Shown one piece after another: positions 30,094-39,288 of a DNA stretch of 64,000 bases. Position 1 is the stretch's first letter. The number at the start of each line of letters is the position of its first letter. The notes under the pieces are model-generated. The model was given only the letters and a program-made list of their open reading frames with translations, searched no databases and was not told the origin of the DNA. The DNA is taken from positions 416,001-480,000 of the forward strand of contig CAWHVC010000001.1 in NCBI GenBank assembly GCA_963832745.1, written 5' to 3'. This DNA comes from Candidatus Bathyarchaeota archaeon. Its GTDB lineage: Archaea; Thermoproteota; Bathyarchaeia; Bathyarchaeales; Bathycorpusculaceae. A program made the position numbers and the translations under genes.

Positions 30094-31125
30094 TTAATGT
30101 AGAAAGTTTAGGAAGAATGTAGGGTTAGAAAAAAATTCCTCTTTAACCCAGCTAAACACAGTTTCTCTAGACGCCTCGGAGGCTTCCTTAAAACAATTAA
30201 TCATACAAAACTTGTTATCGCACATGGAGCTGTCTGTGGCTTGGAAATTTATTTCTTGATTTTCCCTCAGGTTAACAAGCTTCGCCTTTTTGTAGCATGG
30301 AAAAACGTTTAGGTTACAATCAACAGTCAATATGACTCTGCCGGCTTTACAGGGATACTTCATAGGCAAATTATCATGCGCTCTAAGCACATCCCGTAAA
30401 TAACCAGTAGTGTTTGCAACCTGTGAGCCAGCAAGTTTCATTTCTAAAATTTTGCCGACATTGTTACGGATGTTAACGTAGAAGTCGTTTGAAGACTTTT
30501 GCAGGTTTCCGCCAACAGTGAAGGTGCCCTCATTTGATGAAATGTATGGGTAAGAAAAAGAAAACGGAACACCCAAGTCGCCGTTAACGTAATTAACCAT
30601 TTTTGATACATCGTCAATGTTCCAGTTGGGGTTCAAAAAAGTTACGCCATACGTTTTTATGCCGCAAGCTTTCGCTAACTGGATAGTTTTTGTCGCTGTT
30701 TTGGATATGCCTGGAACGTGTTTTGCTTCATCCCACTGCTGATTAATATAATGATCCACAGAGACTGAAAGAGCATCCAAGTCTTTACTTAATTCAATAA
30801 TTGTTTGTTTAGGGATTGTTCCATTTGTTGTTATAGAAGTGATTAAACCTTTTTCTTTAGCATACTTCATCGCTTTAATCAGATAGGGGTATAATCCTGT
30901 TTCTCCACCAGTGAAGTAAGCTATTGAAAAATTATTTTTTTCTAACACGTCAATTACAAAAAAAATGTCAGCTAAAGACATATCGACAGGCGGAGAAGCC
31001 CAAATGTTACAACGATCAACACATTTAGCGTTGCATCTTGTAGTGACCTGAATGATGGCAAATTTTACTTCCCTATTGTTACGCATAAAACGAGAACCTA
31101 ACTTTACAAGCAATCCAAGATTCAT
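30094..31125 (-). CDS. Radical SAM protein with atypical CX3CX3C motif and Twitch-like tail
   Basis: CNAKCVDRC, TGGE and CKAG...PCY motifs; likely ATG start at 31125. Confidence 0.85.
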   Translation of the reverse strand: MNLGLLVKLGSRFMRNNREVKFAIIQVTTRCNAKCVDRCNIWASPPVDMSLADIFFVIDVLEKNNFSIAYFTGGETGLYPYLIKAMKYAKEKGLITSITTNGTIPKQTIIELSKDLDALSVSVDHYINQQWDEAKHVPGISKTATKTIQLAKACGIKTYGVTFLNPNWNIDDVSKMVNYVNGDLGVPFSFSYPYISSNEGTFTVGGNLQKSSNDFYVNIRNNVGKILEMKLAGSQVANTTGYLRDVLRAHDNLPMKYPCKAGRVILTVDCNLNVFPCYKKAKLVNLRENQEINFQATDSSMCDNKFCMINCFKEASEASRETVFSWVKEEFFSNPTFFLNFLH

Positions 31126-31235
31126 CCAAAAAACGCCCTCACAGAAAAGAGTGAAAAGAAAAGAGTCAAAAGCCGTTGACAGCAATAAAGCTATGAAAAG
31201 CACTGAACCTGTAAATTGATATTGAAAAGGTTGGT

Positions 31236-31556
31236 TTAAATGCTTACTTTGATTCCGCGTCTTATGTGTTTAGGCGGGCATTCTGTCATGTCTGCGCCTG
31301 ATGCGAGTTCAAGCAATGTTTTGTTTATCGTTATTACGTCGCCTACTGAAGAAATTATGCTAATAGGCATACAAACGTCGTAGCTTCCGAATGTTTTCTT
31401 GTAGCCAAGCGAAACGGCCGCCTTAGAAGACAACTTCATAACCATACTAGTAACTTGCCATTTGGTTATATCAAAGTCTACATCTTTGATTTCACCTATC
31501 TCGTCACCCTTTAAACTGACCACTTTTTTGCCAGAAAGTTCGTTTGCACTAACCAA
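31236..31556 (-). CDS. PRC-barrel domain protein
   Basis: ELSGKKV...G.EIGEIKDVDFD pattern; AGGTGA SD. Confidence 0.85.
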   Translation of the reverse strand: MVSANELSGKKVVSLKGDEIGEIKDVDFDITKWQVTSMVMKLSSKAAVSLGYKKTFGSYDVCMPISIISSVGDVITINKTLLELASGADMTECPPKHIRRGIKVSI

Positions 31557-31652
31557 TTTTTCACCTACTAAAAACCTGATGACTTACCTATACTCGGTGG
31601 CGGTTATATCTGTTTGTTTGCATTTTTGCTCCATAACCAAGACAACCGTCCA

Positions 31653-32825
31653 TCAAACAGGCCACTTTTTCATGATGTCCGAAGCTGGTTTACCGTTAAG
31701 CAGCAGATAAGCCATTTCCTCCATGTAAGGTTTAGCATGAATAAAAAAAGACTTCAACCCTTCACAAAGCCAATTCAATCCTTCTTCGCCATCGGGGGTT
31801 TTTAGGACACGGTTTTTTGGGCATTCACCGTAACATGTAAAAAGGAACTCACAGTTTTTGCAGTAACTCGGAAGACCATTAAACTTGGCGTTGCCGAAAT
31901 GTCGCTGTTTTTCACTGTAAACAAGATTTGATAACGGTTTTTGGGTTATATTTCCTAAAAAATAGGCGGGTTCAACATAGTGGTCGCAGGAGTAGAGGTC
32001 ACCGTTGTGTTCAAGGGCAACGTTTTCGCCGCATCTCGGGCTAAGCACGCAAAGAGAGGAACAACCCTGCACGTAAGAGGCTAATACGCCGTCGAAAAAC
32101 TGGATAAACATGCTGCCGACATCACGCTTTACCCACTCGTCAAAAATCGTATTTAGAAACCTGCCGTACTGAATTGGGTTCACTGAACGTTCCGTGAGAC
32201 AGTTTCCTTGCTGGTTTCCTGTGCTGTTGTCTCTTTCAACTATGGGTATAAACTGGATATAAGGCGTTTTAAGTTCATCACGGAAAAAACGGTAAACTTC
32301 AAGCGAATGCCAACTGTTAACAGCGTTGACAGTGCATAGAACGTTAAATTCAACCTGATACTTTTGCATAAGCCTAACCGACCTAACAACACGGTCAAAA
32401 ACTGAGTTGCCAGCCCTATCTTTTCGGTAAACGTCATGCACATGTTTTGGGCCATCAAGGCTTATGCCAACCAAAAAATTGTTTTCATGAAGAAAACGGC
32501 ACCATTCTCCATCAATCAGTACACCATTCGTCTGTAATGTTTGCTCAACTTGGACGCTTGAGTTAACGGTTTTTTTGATTACATCTGTGGAATGGCGGAA
32601 AAAGTCTATCCCCATCAGGGTTGGTTCGCCCCCCTGCCATGAGATTGTTACTGTGGGGGCGTCTTGGGATTCTATGGTTTGGCGGATGTAGGTTTCCATT
32701 ATTTTGTCTGTCATGCAGAATTTGCTGTTCGGGTAGAGTTGTTTCTTTTTTAGGAAAAAGCAGTAGTCACAGCTAAGGTTGCATCGTGAACCGGTAGGTT
32801 TAGCCATAACATGGAATGCACGCAT
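31653..32825 (-). CDS. Anaerobic sulfatase maturase (radical SAM/SPASM)
   Basis: AKPTGSRCNLSCDYC, WQGGEPTL, YSCDHYV and CYGECPKNR motifs. Confidence 0.92.
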   Translation of the reverse strand: MRAFHVMAKPTGSRCNLSCDYCFFLKKKQLYPNSKFCMTDKIMETYIRQTIESQDAPTVTISWQGGEPTLMGIDFFRHSTDVIKKTVNSSVQVEQTLQTNGVLIDGEWCRFLHENNFLVGISLDGPKHVHDVYRKDRAGNSVFDRVVRSVRLMQKYQVEFNVLCTVNAVNSWHSLEVYRFFRDELKTPYIQFIPIVERDNSTGNQQGNCLTERSVNPIQYGRFLNTIFDEWVKRDVGSMFIQFFDGVLASYVQGCSSLCVLSPRCGENVALEHNGDLYSCDHYVEPAYFLGNITQKPLSNLVYSEKQRHFGNAKFNGLPSYCKNCEFLFTCYGECPKNRVLKTPDGEEGLNWLCEGLKSFFIHAKPYMEEMAYLLLNGKPASDIMKKWPV

Positions 32826-32896
32826 ACTCTTTTCACGTTAAAAAGTTAGATTAAAAAATTTTAAGAAACGGGAAAAAGATTTAATTAAAAATGTGA

Positions 32897-33223
32897 TTAT
32901 AGCCTTGAGAGTAGCCCTATTATTGCGCCGATAACCATTATCCACGCTATAAAGGATGCACCAAGCAAACTTGCAACAATCGCGAGCAGTATGATCCATA
33001 TTGCAGCTCCGATATTGTAAACGAATCTTGAGGATGCAGCGCCTAAAATGCCAATGATAAGCATTGCAAGACCCCAGAAAAACGTGCCTAAAGCGTACAC
33101 TGGATAAAAGATTAACAGGAATATTCCAAACATTGCTCCAAGTCCGACAAGTATCAAAATTATGCTGCCGATTAAGGCTAAAGCAAATCCTATATTTGCT
33201 AATGTTCGAGAAATCTTGTTCAC
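32897..33223 (-). CDS. Small four-TM membrane protein
   Basis: Highly hydrophobic; GGAGGTGA SD overlaps the GTG, so the start may be ATT at 33214. Confidence 0.75.
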   Translation of the reverse strand: MNKISRTLANIGFALALIGSIILILVGLGAMFGIFLLIFYPVYALGTFFWGLAMLIIGILGAASSRFVYNIGAAIWIILLAIVASLLGASFIAWIMVIGAIIGLLSRL

Positions 33224-33312
33224 CTCCTAAAAACCAGTTTAATAAATGGGCTACAGATTCATCAGCGAAACTGTTGAGCCTTTTGCTTAAGCTATAAACC
33301 TGCTATTTTGTT

Positions 33313-33330
33313 CTTAAGCGTTTGTGACTG
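33313..33330 (-). promoter_or_regulatory. Promoter: CAGTCACA-N4-TATA
   Basis: Minus strand CAGTCACA-AACG-CTTAAG-AAC; matches 20 of 21 nt of the 22319 site. Confidence 0.6.
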
Positions 33331-33437
33331 GTTTAATATTGTAACAAAAATGGAAGCCAAAATCCAGTTGTTGTAGCTGAGCATAGCCTACAAATTCTTT
33401 TTACAATGATTACGAAAAACAGTTATGGTGAAAATAC

Positions 33438-33734
33438 TTGGTAAGTGTTGATGAACTTAAAGGTAAAGAAGTTTATGCCAAGCGAGGAATAAAAATCGGT
33501 AAAGTCGAAGATGTCGAAATAGATGACAACAACTGGTCCGTAAAAGCACTTGACGTCAGAATGAATGATGATATTGCTAAGGTTTATGGTGAGAAAGCAG
33601 GTTTCATGAAAAAAGAAATCATTCCACTTCCGGCAAACATGCTGGGTCCAATAGGCGACAACGTAACGTTAAAGGAAGAAATCAAAGATTTTGATGCACT
33701 TCGAGGCTCAATGAGAACAGAAAGGTCCTTCTAA
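33438..33734 (+). CDS. PRC-barrel domain protein
   Basis: ELKGKEV...G.KIGKVEDVEID; paralog of 31236-31556. Confidence 0.85.
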   Translation: MVSVDELKGKEVYAKRGIKIGKVEDVEIDDNNWSVKALDVRMNDDIAKVYGEKAGFMKKEIIPLPANMLGPIGDNVTLKEEIKDFDALRGSMRTERSF

Positions 33735-33887
33735 ATCTTTAGTTTTACTTAATTCTGGTTTTAACTATTTTGACATTTTTTAGGTAAAACTAACCTTTCT
33801 CTCTTTTTAGTTACCCTATCTCTTGGAGAAACCAAACCAGCCAGCCCTTAATGTAAAAAAGGCATAGGCGACTGGTAAAAAAAACAG

Positions 33888-34952
33888 TCAATTTTGTTTT
33901 CTAAGAGCAACTGGCACATATGGACATCGAGGGTCCGAACCGTGAATATCTCCAGTGTAAAACAGCGCAGTTGTTCTGCAGCCACCACATAACTGTCTGT
34001 ATTCACAGACGCCACATTTGCCTTTGAGGTTGTTTTTGTCTCGGACTTTGGCGAAGAACTCACTGTTTTCCATGTCCTTCCAAATCTGCATTAACGGTTT
34101 GTCTTTTACGCTTCCAGCACGGTAAACATCGTTGTAACTGCAGGGAATAGCTTCACCGTTTTCGGCTATGCTCATAAATTTGCCAAACCAGCATCTGCCC
34201 AAAAAGAAGTTGTTATACCAATCGTCAAAATTGGGCATTTCTCGTTGTTTGGCGACCCGTGCCATGAATGGAATGTAAACGTTGATTTCTGGTTTACCTT
34301 TGTATTCCAGCATCAAGTCGTAAAGGGTGTTGCATGCCCACTCATACTGTTGCGGCGTAATGTCTGCTTTGATGCTTTCCTTACTGAAAGGAATGAACCC
34401 GTGGAAAACAACCCATCTGGCGCCGTTTTTACGGGCAAGTTCGATTACGTGGACAATGTCTTGCTTGTTAGCGTTGGTTACTCCTTTTTCTGTTTTAGCA
34501 AAAGTGTAAACAAGACAATCCAGCAGGCCGGCTTTGGAGAGTTTTTCTATCGCTGCTACTGCGGCTTTGTAGCTGCCTTTGCTTCGGAGAGCATCATTGG
34601 TTTCTTCGGCGCCGTCTATACTAACTGAAACCCTAACCTTGTTATCTATTATGCCTTTGAATGCGGCTTCATCCATTTTGTGAGCATCAGTAATTATGCT
34701 AACGCTAAGGCCTTTTTGTTTGGCGTAATCGATTATTTCGAAAAGATCCTTGCGTAGGAAAGGTTCACCGCCTGTTAAACCAAAAAAGGTTGCACCAAAT
34801 TCTGCTACTTGGTCAACGATGTGTTTTGCTTCTGCTGTGTTAACTTCGTCTGGTACGGCTTGTTTTCCGCCTGAAGTGCAGTGAACACAGTTACTGTCGC
34901 ACCCAAAAGTGCAACGAAATGGAACAATAAACAGTGGACCTTTACCTGTCAT
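33888..34952 (-). CDS. Radical SAM/SPASM protein (AhbC/AhbD/NirJ-like)
   Basis: CDSNCVHC, GGEPFLRKD and KGKCGVCEYRQLCGGCR...DP.C motifs. Confidence 0.85.
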   Translation of the reverse strand: MTGKGPLFIVPFRCTFGCDSNCVHCTSGGKQAVPDEVNTAEAKHIVDQVAEFGATFFGLTGGEPFLRKDLFEIIDYAKQKGLSVSIITDAHKMDEAAFKGIIDNKVRVSVSIDGAEETNDALRSKGSYKAAVAAIEKLSKAGLLDCLVYTFAKTEKGVTNANKQDIVHVIELARKNGARWVVFHGFIPFSKESIKADITPQQYEWACNTLYDLMLEYKGKPEINVYIPFMARVAKQREMPNFDDWYNNFFLGRCWFGKFMSIAENGEAIPCSYNDVYRAGSVKDKPLMQIWKDMENSEFFAKVRDKNNLKGKCGVCEYRQLCGGCRTTALFYTGDIHGSDPRCPYVPVALRKQN

Positions 34953-35032
34953 CTCAACCCTTTACCCCGCGCATTGTATAGTTTGCTAAATCTGAAAATT
35001 GATATTTAACTCTTCATGTTTACCTGGCAGTG

Positions 35033-36013
35033 TTAGATTTCGTTACTAGTTAGCTGGTAAAGGTTTCCAACGCTGTTATGTACGTATACTTGTGGAAACA
35101 GTTTTGCGATGGCGTAGTTTGCTCGCCAGCCTGTGCAGTGGCAGGGAATGAGTAGTTGAGGATTAATCTGCTTTAACTCAACGAGGGTTTGAGGAATTAT
35201 AGTTTCGTTCTCTTGACCACCTAAATGAAAACCGCCAATAACCGCGTAAACCGTGTTGACGCCAGTAATTTCTTGTGCGTAACGCACCGTATTAATGATG
35301 CCTGCATGAGCACAACCAGAAACAACCACCAATCCTCGTCCTTTAAGATTCATGACTATGGCGCGGTCATCTATAACCCAACGGTCAGGCTGCCAATCGT
35401 CATCCTTCCTAATCCTGTTCAACCCGTAGCCCCGCTCGAAACTGGTTTTTCTTGGAATCTCTCCAGTTATAAGGACAGAATGGTTTGCGATTAGACATGG
35501 TTCCTTAGTGTTGATAATTTGGGCGGGGTTTAATTGTTCAGGCGAGGGAAAATCTGGATGGTTTCGTACGCCATGAGGTCCAGCGGTTCCGTGCTGTTTA
35601 AACATGTTTTCATGCGTAATAATTGGCAAATTTTGCTTGTTGATTGCTTTTACAGCAGCTTGTAATCCGCCAAAATGGTCGTAATGCCCATGTGAAAGAA
35701 CTATAACGCTTATTTCTTTTAAGTTGATGCACATTCTTTGAGCGTTAAGAATTATTCCTTCAGCGCTTACGCCAGTGTCAAAAAGAACCGTGCGGCAGTC
35801 TCCATCCGTGTAGACACGTATCAACATGGAAAAGCCGTGTTCAGCAATCGGCATCGGCTTGTGCGTTTGAGCATATTCTTCACCTTGTTGTTCTCTGAGC
35901 CATTTCCATAACGCTTTAACCGCAGGGTTACGATTGGAAGAAGTAAAATCTACGGTGTTATCTATTAGGCTGATGATTTCAATTTTGGATGCTTCCTTAA
36001 ACGTTGGCTCCAT
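35033..36013 (-). CDS. MBL-fold metallo-hydrolase (COG1237-like)
   Basis: AEHGFS, SHGHYDHFGG, GCAHAG, GGFHL and HCTG motifs. Confidence 0.9.
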   Translation of the reverse strand: MEPTFKEASKIEIISLIDNTVDFTSSNRNPAVKALWKWLREQQGEEYAQTHKPMPIAEHGFSMLIRVYTDGDCRTVLFDTGVSAEGIILNAQRMCINLKEISVIVLSHGHYDHFGGLQAAVKAINKQNLPIITHENMFKQHGTAGPHGVRNHPDFPSPEQLNPAQIINTKEPCLIANHSVLITGEIPRKTSFERGYGLNRIRKDDDWQPDRWVIDDRAIVMNLKGRGLVVVSGCAHAGIINTVRYAQEITGVNTVYAVIGGFHLGGQENETIIPQTLVELKQINPQLLIPCHCTGWRANYAIAKLFPQVYVHNSVGNLYQLTSNEI

Positions 36014-36025
36014 GCGTTAATCCCC

Positions 36026-36595
36026 TTAGAGTGTCCCACTATAGTGAACGTTTGTTGGGCAGCCTACACATTTTTTTGCTTCTAAACGGTTGCAGGGCGT
36101 GCAGTCCACGTTGCAGGGCGTCATTTTCTTTTGCTTGCTTGACAAGCCCTCGCGTATTTGAAGAAACTGAGAAAAGAAGGTTTCGCTTACTGGATAAAAT
36201 TCGGAACGCCGTATGCCTTTGCTGCATCTTAGGGAACATTTTTCCATGGATATGCTTTCAAGTGTATCTTGGGTTTCAGCGACAACAAGCGCTATTAGGT
36301 TGTAGCCGCCTACTGTTTTGAAGATTTGAACTACTCTTGGGCAGTCTTCAAATCTTTTGAGGAGAGCACGCATGGCATCTCCACTTTCCATTTCCAGCAT
36401 GACTAAAGCGGGGTAGAGTTTGAGGGCAGTTGGGTTGATTAACGCAGATATTTTTATGATGTTGTCTTTTTGTAGTTTGTCTATTCTTTTTTTGGTGCCC
36501 ATGCTTGATAGGCCGATTTGTTTTGCTATGTCTTGTAGTGTTGTGCGTCCGTCTGTTTGGAGGATGCTGATTATTTTTTTGTCTGTTTCATCCAT
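36026..36595 (-). CDS. Lrp/AsnC regulator with Cys-rich C-terminal extension
   Basis: MDETDKKII..LQ.DGR HTH, RAM domain, tail PCNVDCTPC...CVGCP. Confidence 0.9.
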   Translation of the reverse strand: MDETDKKIISILQTDGRTTLQDIAKQIGLSSMGTKKRIDKLQKDNIIKISALINPTALKLYPALVMLEMESGDAMRALLKRFEDCPRVVQIFKTVGGYNLIALVVAETQDTLESISMEKCSLRCSKGIRRSEFYPVSETFFSQFLQIREGLSSKQKKMTPCNVDCTPCNRLEAKKCVGCPTNVHYSGTL

Positions 36596-36611
36596 GGCAC
36601 CATGCCTCAAA

Positions 36612-36657
36612 GTTTAGATTCTAAACCAAACCTATTAATATTGTTTAGTTATTAAAC
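36612..36657. promoter_or_regulatory. Two 15-bp palindromic operators GTTTA-N5-TAAAC
   Basis: GTTTAGATTCTAAAC (36612-36626) and GTTTAGTTATTAAAC (36643-36657), 31 bp apart, between divergent lrp and mrp genes. Confidence 0.7.
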
Positions 36658-36680
36658 TTTTATCCCTCTGGTGTTCAAAC

Positions 36681-37580
36681 ATGGCAAACCCCACTCAAAC
36701 CACAATCCAATGCGAAGAAGAATGCGGAACTTGCAGCTCCTCGAGCAATTGCAGCGACGAGCAAAAAGAAGAACAAAAACTAAAACAACAACTCAAAAAA
36801 ATCAAATACAAAATAGCAGTCATAAGCGGCAAAGGCGGCGTAGGTAAAAGCACCGTAACCGCCAATCTTGCAATGGGGTTTGCCATGCAAGGTTACAAAG
36901 TCGGCGTTCTTGACGCAGACATTCATGGACCATGCATTCCAAAAATGCTGGGTCTAAAAGGGCAAACACTAAACAGCAGTCCCAGCGGCATAATCGCCCC
37001 TGTCGTGGGTCGCTCAGGCGTGAAAGTTGCGTCGATCGATTTTCTGCTTAAAAGCGATGATCAACCCGTAATTTGGCGTGGACCATTAAAAATGAGGCTT
37101 ATCCAGCAATTCCTCTCTTACGTCGCATGGGGCGAACTTGACTTCTTGTTCGTCGACCTACCACCCGGCACTGGCGATGAACCATTGACAGTAACACAGT
37201 TAATCCCTGACATGGATGGCGTGCTCATAGTTACCATGCCCTCAGAACTTTCCGAAGGAATAGTCAAAAAATCTGTTAGTTTTGCCAAACAAGTGGGCGT
37301 TCCAATAATCGGGATAATTGAAAATATGAGTGGATATGTTTGTCCTGACTGTGGAAAAAAGGTTGATATTTTCCAGTCTGGAGGCGGCAAACGCATAGCA
37401 GAAGAGCAGTCTGTCCCATATTTAGGAAGCATACCAATTGACCCTTCAGTTTGTACAGACTCTGACAAGGGTTTATCATCCATAGAGGAAAAGAAGGGTT
37501 CCCCAACAACAAAAGCGTTTACAGAAATTATACAAAAAACAAAACAATTCTTAGAAGAAAATGAGGCGAAGAGAAAATGA
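36681..37580 (+). CDS. mrp: Mrp/NBP35 Fe-S cluster carrier ATPase
   Basis: N-terminal Cys cluster; SGKGGVGKST, WRGP, DLPPGTGD and ENMS..CPDC motifs. Confidence 0.95.
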   Translation: MANPTQTTIQCEEECGTCSSSSNCSDEQKEEQKLKQQLKKIKYKIAVISGKGGVGKSTVTANLAMGFAMQGYKVGVLDADIHGPCIPKMLGLKGQTLNSSPSGIIAPVVGRSGVKVASIDFLLKSDDQPVIWRGPLKMRLIQQFLSYVAWGELDFLFVDLPPGTGDEPLTVTQLIPDMDGVLIVTMPSELSEGIVKKSVSFAKQVGVPIIGIIENMSGYVCPDCGKKVDIFQSGGGKRIAEEQSVPYLGSIPIDPSVCTDSDKGLSSIEEKKGSPTTKAFTEIIQKTKQFLEENEAKRK

Positions 37581-37948
37581 AGGTAGCCGTGAGTTCAACC
37601 ACAAATAATTTAGAGGGCCAATTAGACCCTAGATTTGGCAGATGCGCATATCTGCTGATTGTTGATTCTGAAACTATGCAGTTTGAAGCCATCCCTAACG
37701 CTGCAGCTGGAGCCGGAGGTGGCGCAGGGATTCAATCGGCACAGTTGATTGCAGATAAAGGCGCAAAAGCAGTTATAACCGGAAATGTTGGTCCTAATGC
37801 GTTTAGGGCTTTGTCAGCTGCTGGCATCCAAATAATAACTGGAGCTGAAGGAACGGTTAAGGAAACTGTTGAAAAATATAACCGCGGCGAGTTTAACAAA
37901 ACCGTTGCACCCACTGTTGAGGAACACTTCGGTTCTAAACAGGGGTAG
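37577..37948 (+). CDS. NifB/NifX-family protein
   Basis: DPRFGRC, GAGIQ and GNVGPNA motifs. Confidence 0.9.
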   Translation: MKVAVSSTTNNLEGQLDPRFGRCAYLLIVDSETMQFEAIPNAAAGAGGGAGIQSAQLIADKGAKAVITGNVGPNAFRALSAAGIQIITGAEGTVKETVEKYNRGEFNKTVAPTVEEHFGSKQG

Positions 37949-38016
37949 TAATTGTTTTGCAACCAGAATATTGTAACCATTTTATTAGACTTGGTTAAAG
38001 TTGGAGGTGAAAAGGA

Positions 38017-38391
38017 TTGACAGAAAAAATTGTTGTTCCAACAGAAAATCAAGAAGGCATAAACGCTGTAGTAGCTGAACACTTCGGTCGCGCACCATAC
38101 TTTACAATTGTTGAATTAGATAACGGCAAAATAGTGAACGTAAGCACAGTTCCAAACACAAGTGAACACGTTGGCGGAGAAGGCTCCCCTTTTGACGTAC
38201 TTGTTAAATTAAACCCTAAAGCAGCCATTGTTAACGGCATGGGTCCAAGAGGCATAACGAACTTCAACAATGCAGGCGTTAAAGTATTAAGAGCCAACGC
38301 ACAAGTCGTCAACAAAATAGTTGAAGCATACATTGCAGGCCAACTTGAAGATTTAACAGAAGGATGCTCTGAGGCACATCATCACCATTAA
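38017..38391 (+). CDS. NifB/NifX-family protein
   Basis: HFGRAPYF and GMGPRG motifs; C..HHHH tail. Confidence 0.9.
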   Translation: MTEKIVVPTENQEGINAVVAEHFGRAPYFTIVELDNGKIVNVSTVPNTSEHVGGEGSPFDVLVKLNPKAAIVNGMGPRGITNFNNAGVKVLRANAQVVNKIVEAYIAGQLEDLTEGCSEAHHHH

Positions 38392-38451
38392 AAAACCTCA
38401 AACATTTCCTCTATTTTTTAAAGAAAAAAACAATCAAATGAAGGTTAACAT

Positions 38452-39288
38452 ATGATAATAACGGTTGCAAGCGGTAAAGGCGGCACAGGAAAAACTTCAG
38501 TTGCCGTAAACTTGGCTCTTTCGATAGATAACTGTCAAGTTTTAGACTGCGACGTTGAAGAACCAAACGCACACTTACTACTACGCCCAGAAACAAACAG
38601 GACCGAACCTGTTTACGCTTCAAACGTCAAAATTGACAAAACCTTATGCAGGCAATGCGGAGTATGTGCAAAATTTTGCCGATACAATGCATTGTTCTGC
38701 TCCTTTAAAGGCGTTCTCATTTTCCCTGAATTATGCCACGGCTGCGGCGGATGCATAACAGTTTGCCCCGAAAAAGCAATCAGCGAAGAAAAATACAAAG
38801 TCGGGACCCTGAATTTCTCCCAAGCAGGCAACATCAAGCTGGTTTATGGCGAGCTTGAAGTAGGCAAACCCATGACGAGTCCAATCATTAAAGCAGTAAA
38901 AAAGCAGGCTTCAAAAGACCGACCCGTCATCGTTGATTCGCCGCCGGGAGCGTCTTGCTCTTTTGTTGAAACCGTGCGGAACACCGATTACTGCATCCTG
39001 GTTACCGAGCCAACGCCTTTTGGTTTGCATGACCTAAAAATTACAGTTGAAGTCTTAAAGAAAATGGATGTGCCTTTCGGTGTTATCGTTAATCGTTCAG
39101 GGATAGGCGACAGATCAGTTTATGATTACTGCAAACAAGAAAGCACTCCTATCCTGTTAGAGATTCCCTATGAACGAAAAATAGCGGAATTATACTCAAA
39201 AGGAATAGCTTTTAGCGTTGAAATGCCCGAGTGGAAAACAAGCTTTCAAGATTTATTCAACCAGTTAAGGAGGCTTACAGGGAAATGA
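38452..39288 (+). CDS. MinD-like P-loop ATPase with ferredoxin insert (COG1149)
   Basis: SGKGGTGKT, DCDVEEPN, two ferredoxin motifs, EPTPFGLHD. Confidence 0.92.
   Translation: MIITVASGKGGTGKTSVAVNLALSIDNCQVLDCDVEEPNAHLLLRPETNRTEPVYASNVKIDKTLCRQCGVCAKFCRYNALFCSFKGVLIFPELCHGCGGCITVCPEKAISEEKYKVGTLNFSQAGNIKLVYGELEVGKPMTSPIIKAVKKQASKDRPVIVDSPPGASCSFVETVRNTDYCILVTEPTPFGLHDLKITVEVLKKMDVPFGVIVNRSGIGDRSVYDYCKQESTPILLEIPYERKIAELYSKGIAFSVEMPEWKTSFQDLFNQLRRLTGK

Noticed and set aside
37577-38391. NifB/NifX-family genes as evidence of nitrogen fixation
   Set aside because: No nifHDK; this family is common in non-diazotroph Mrp/COG1149 clusters.
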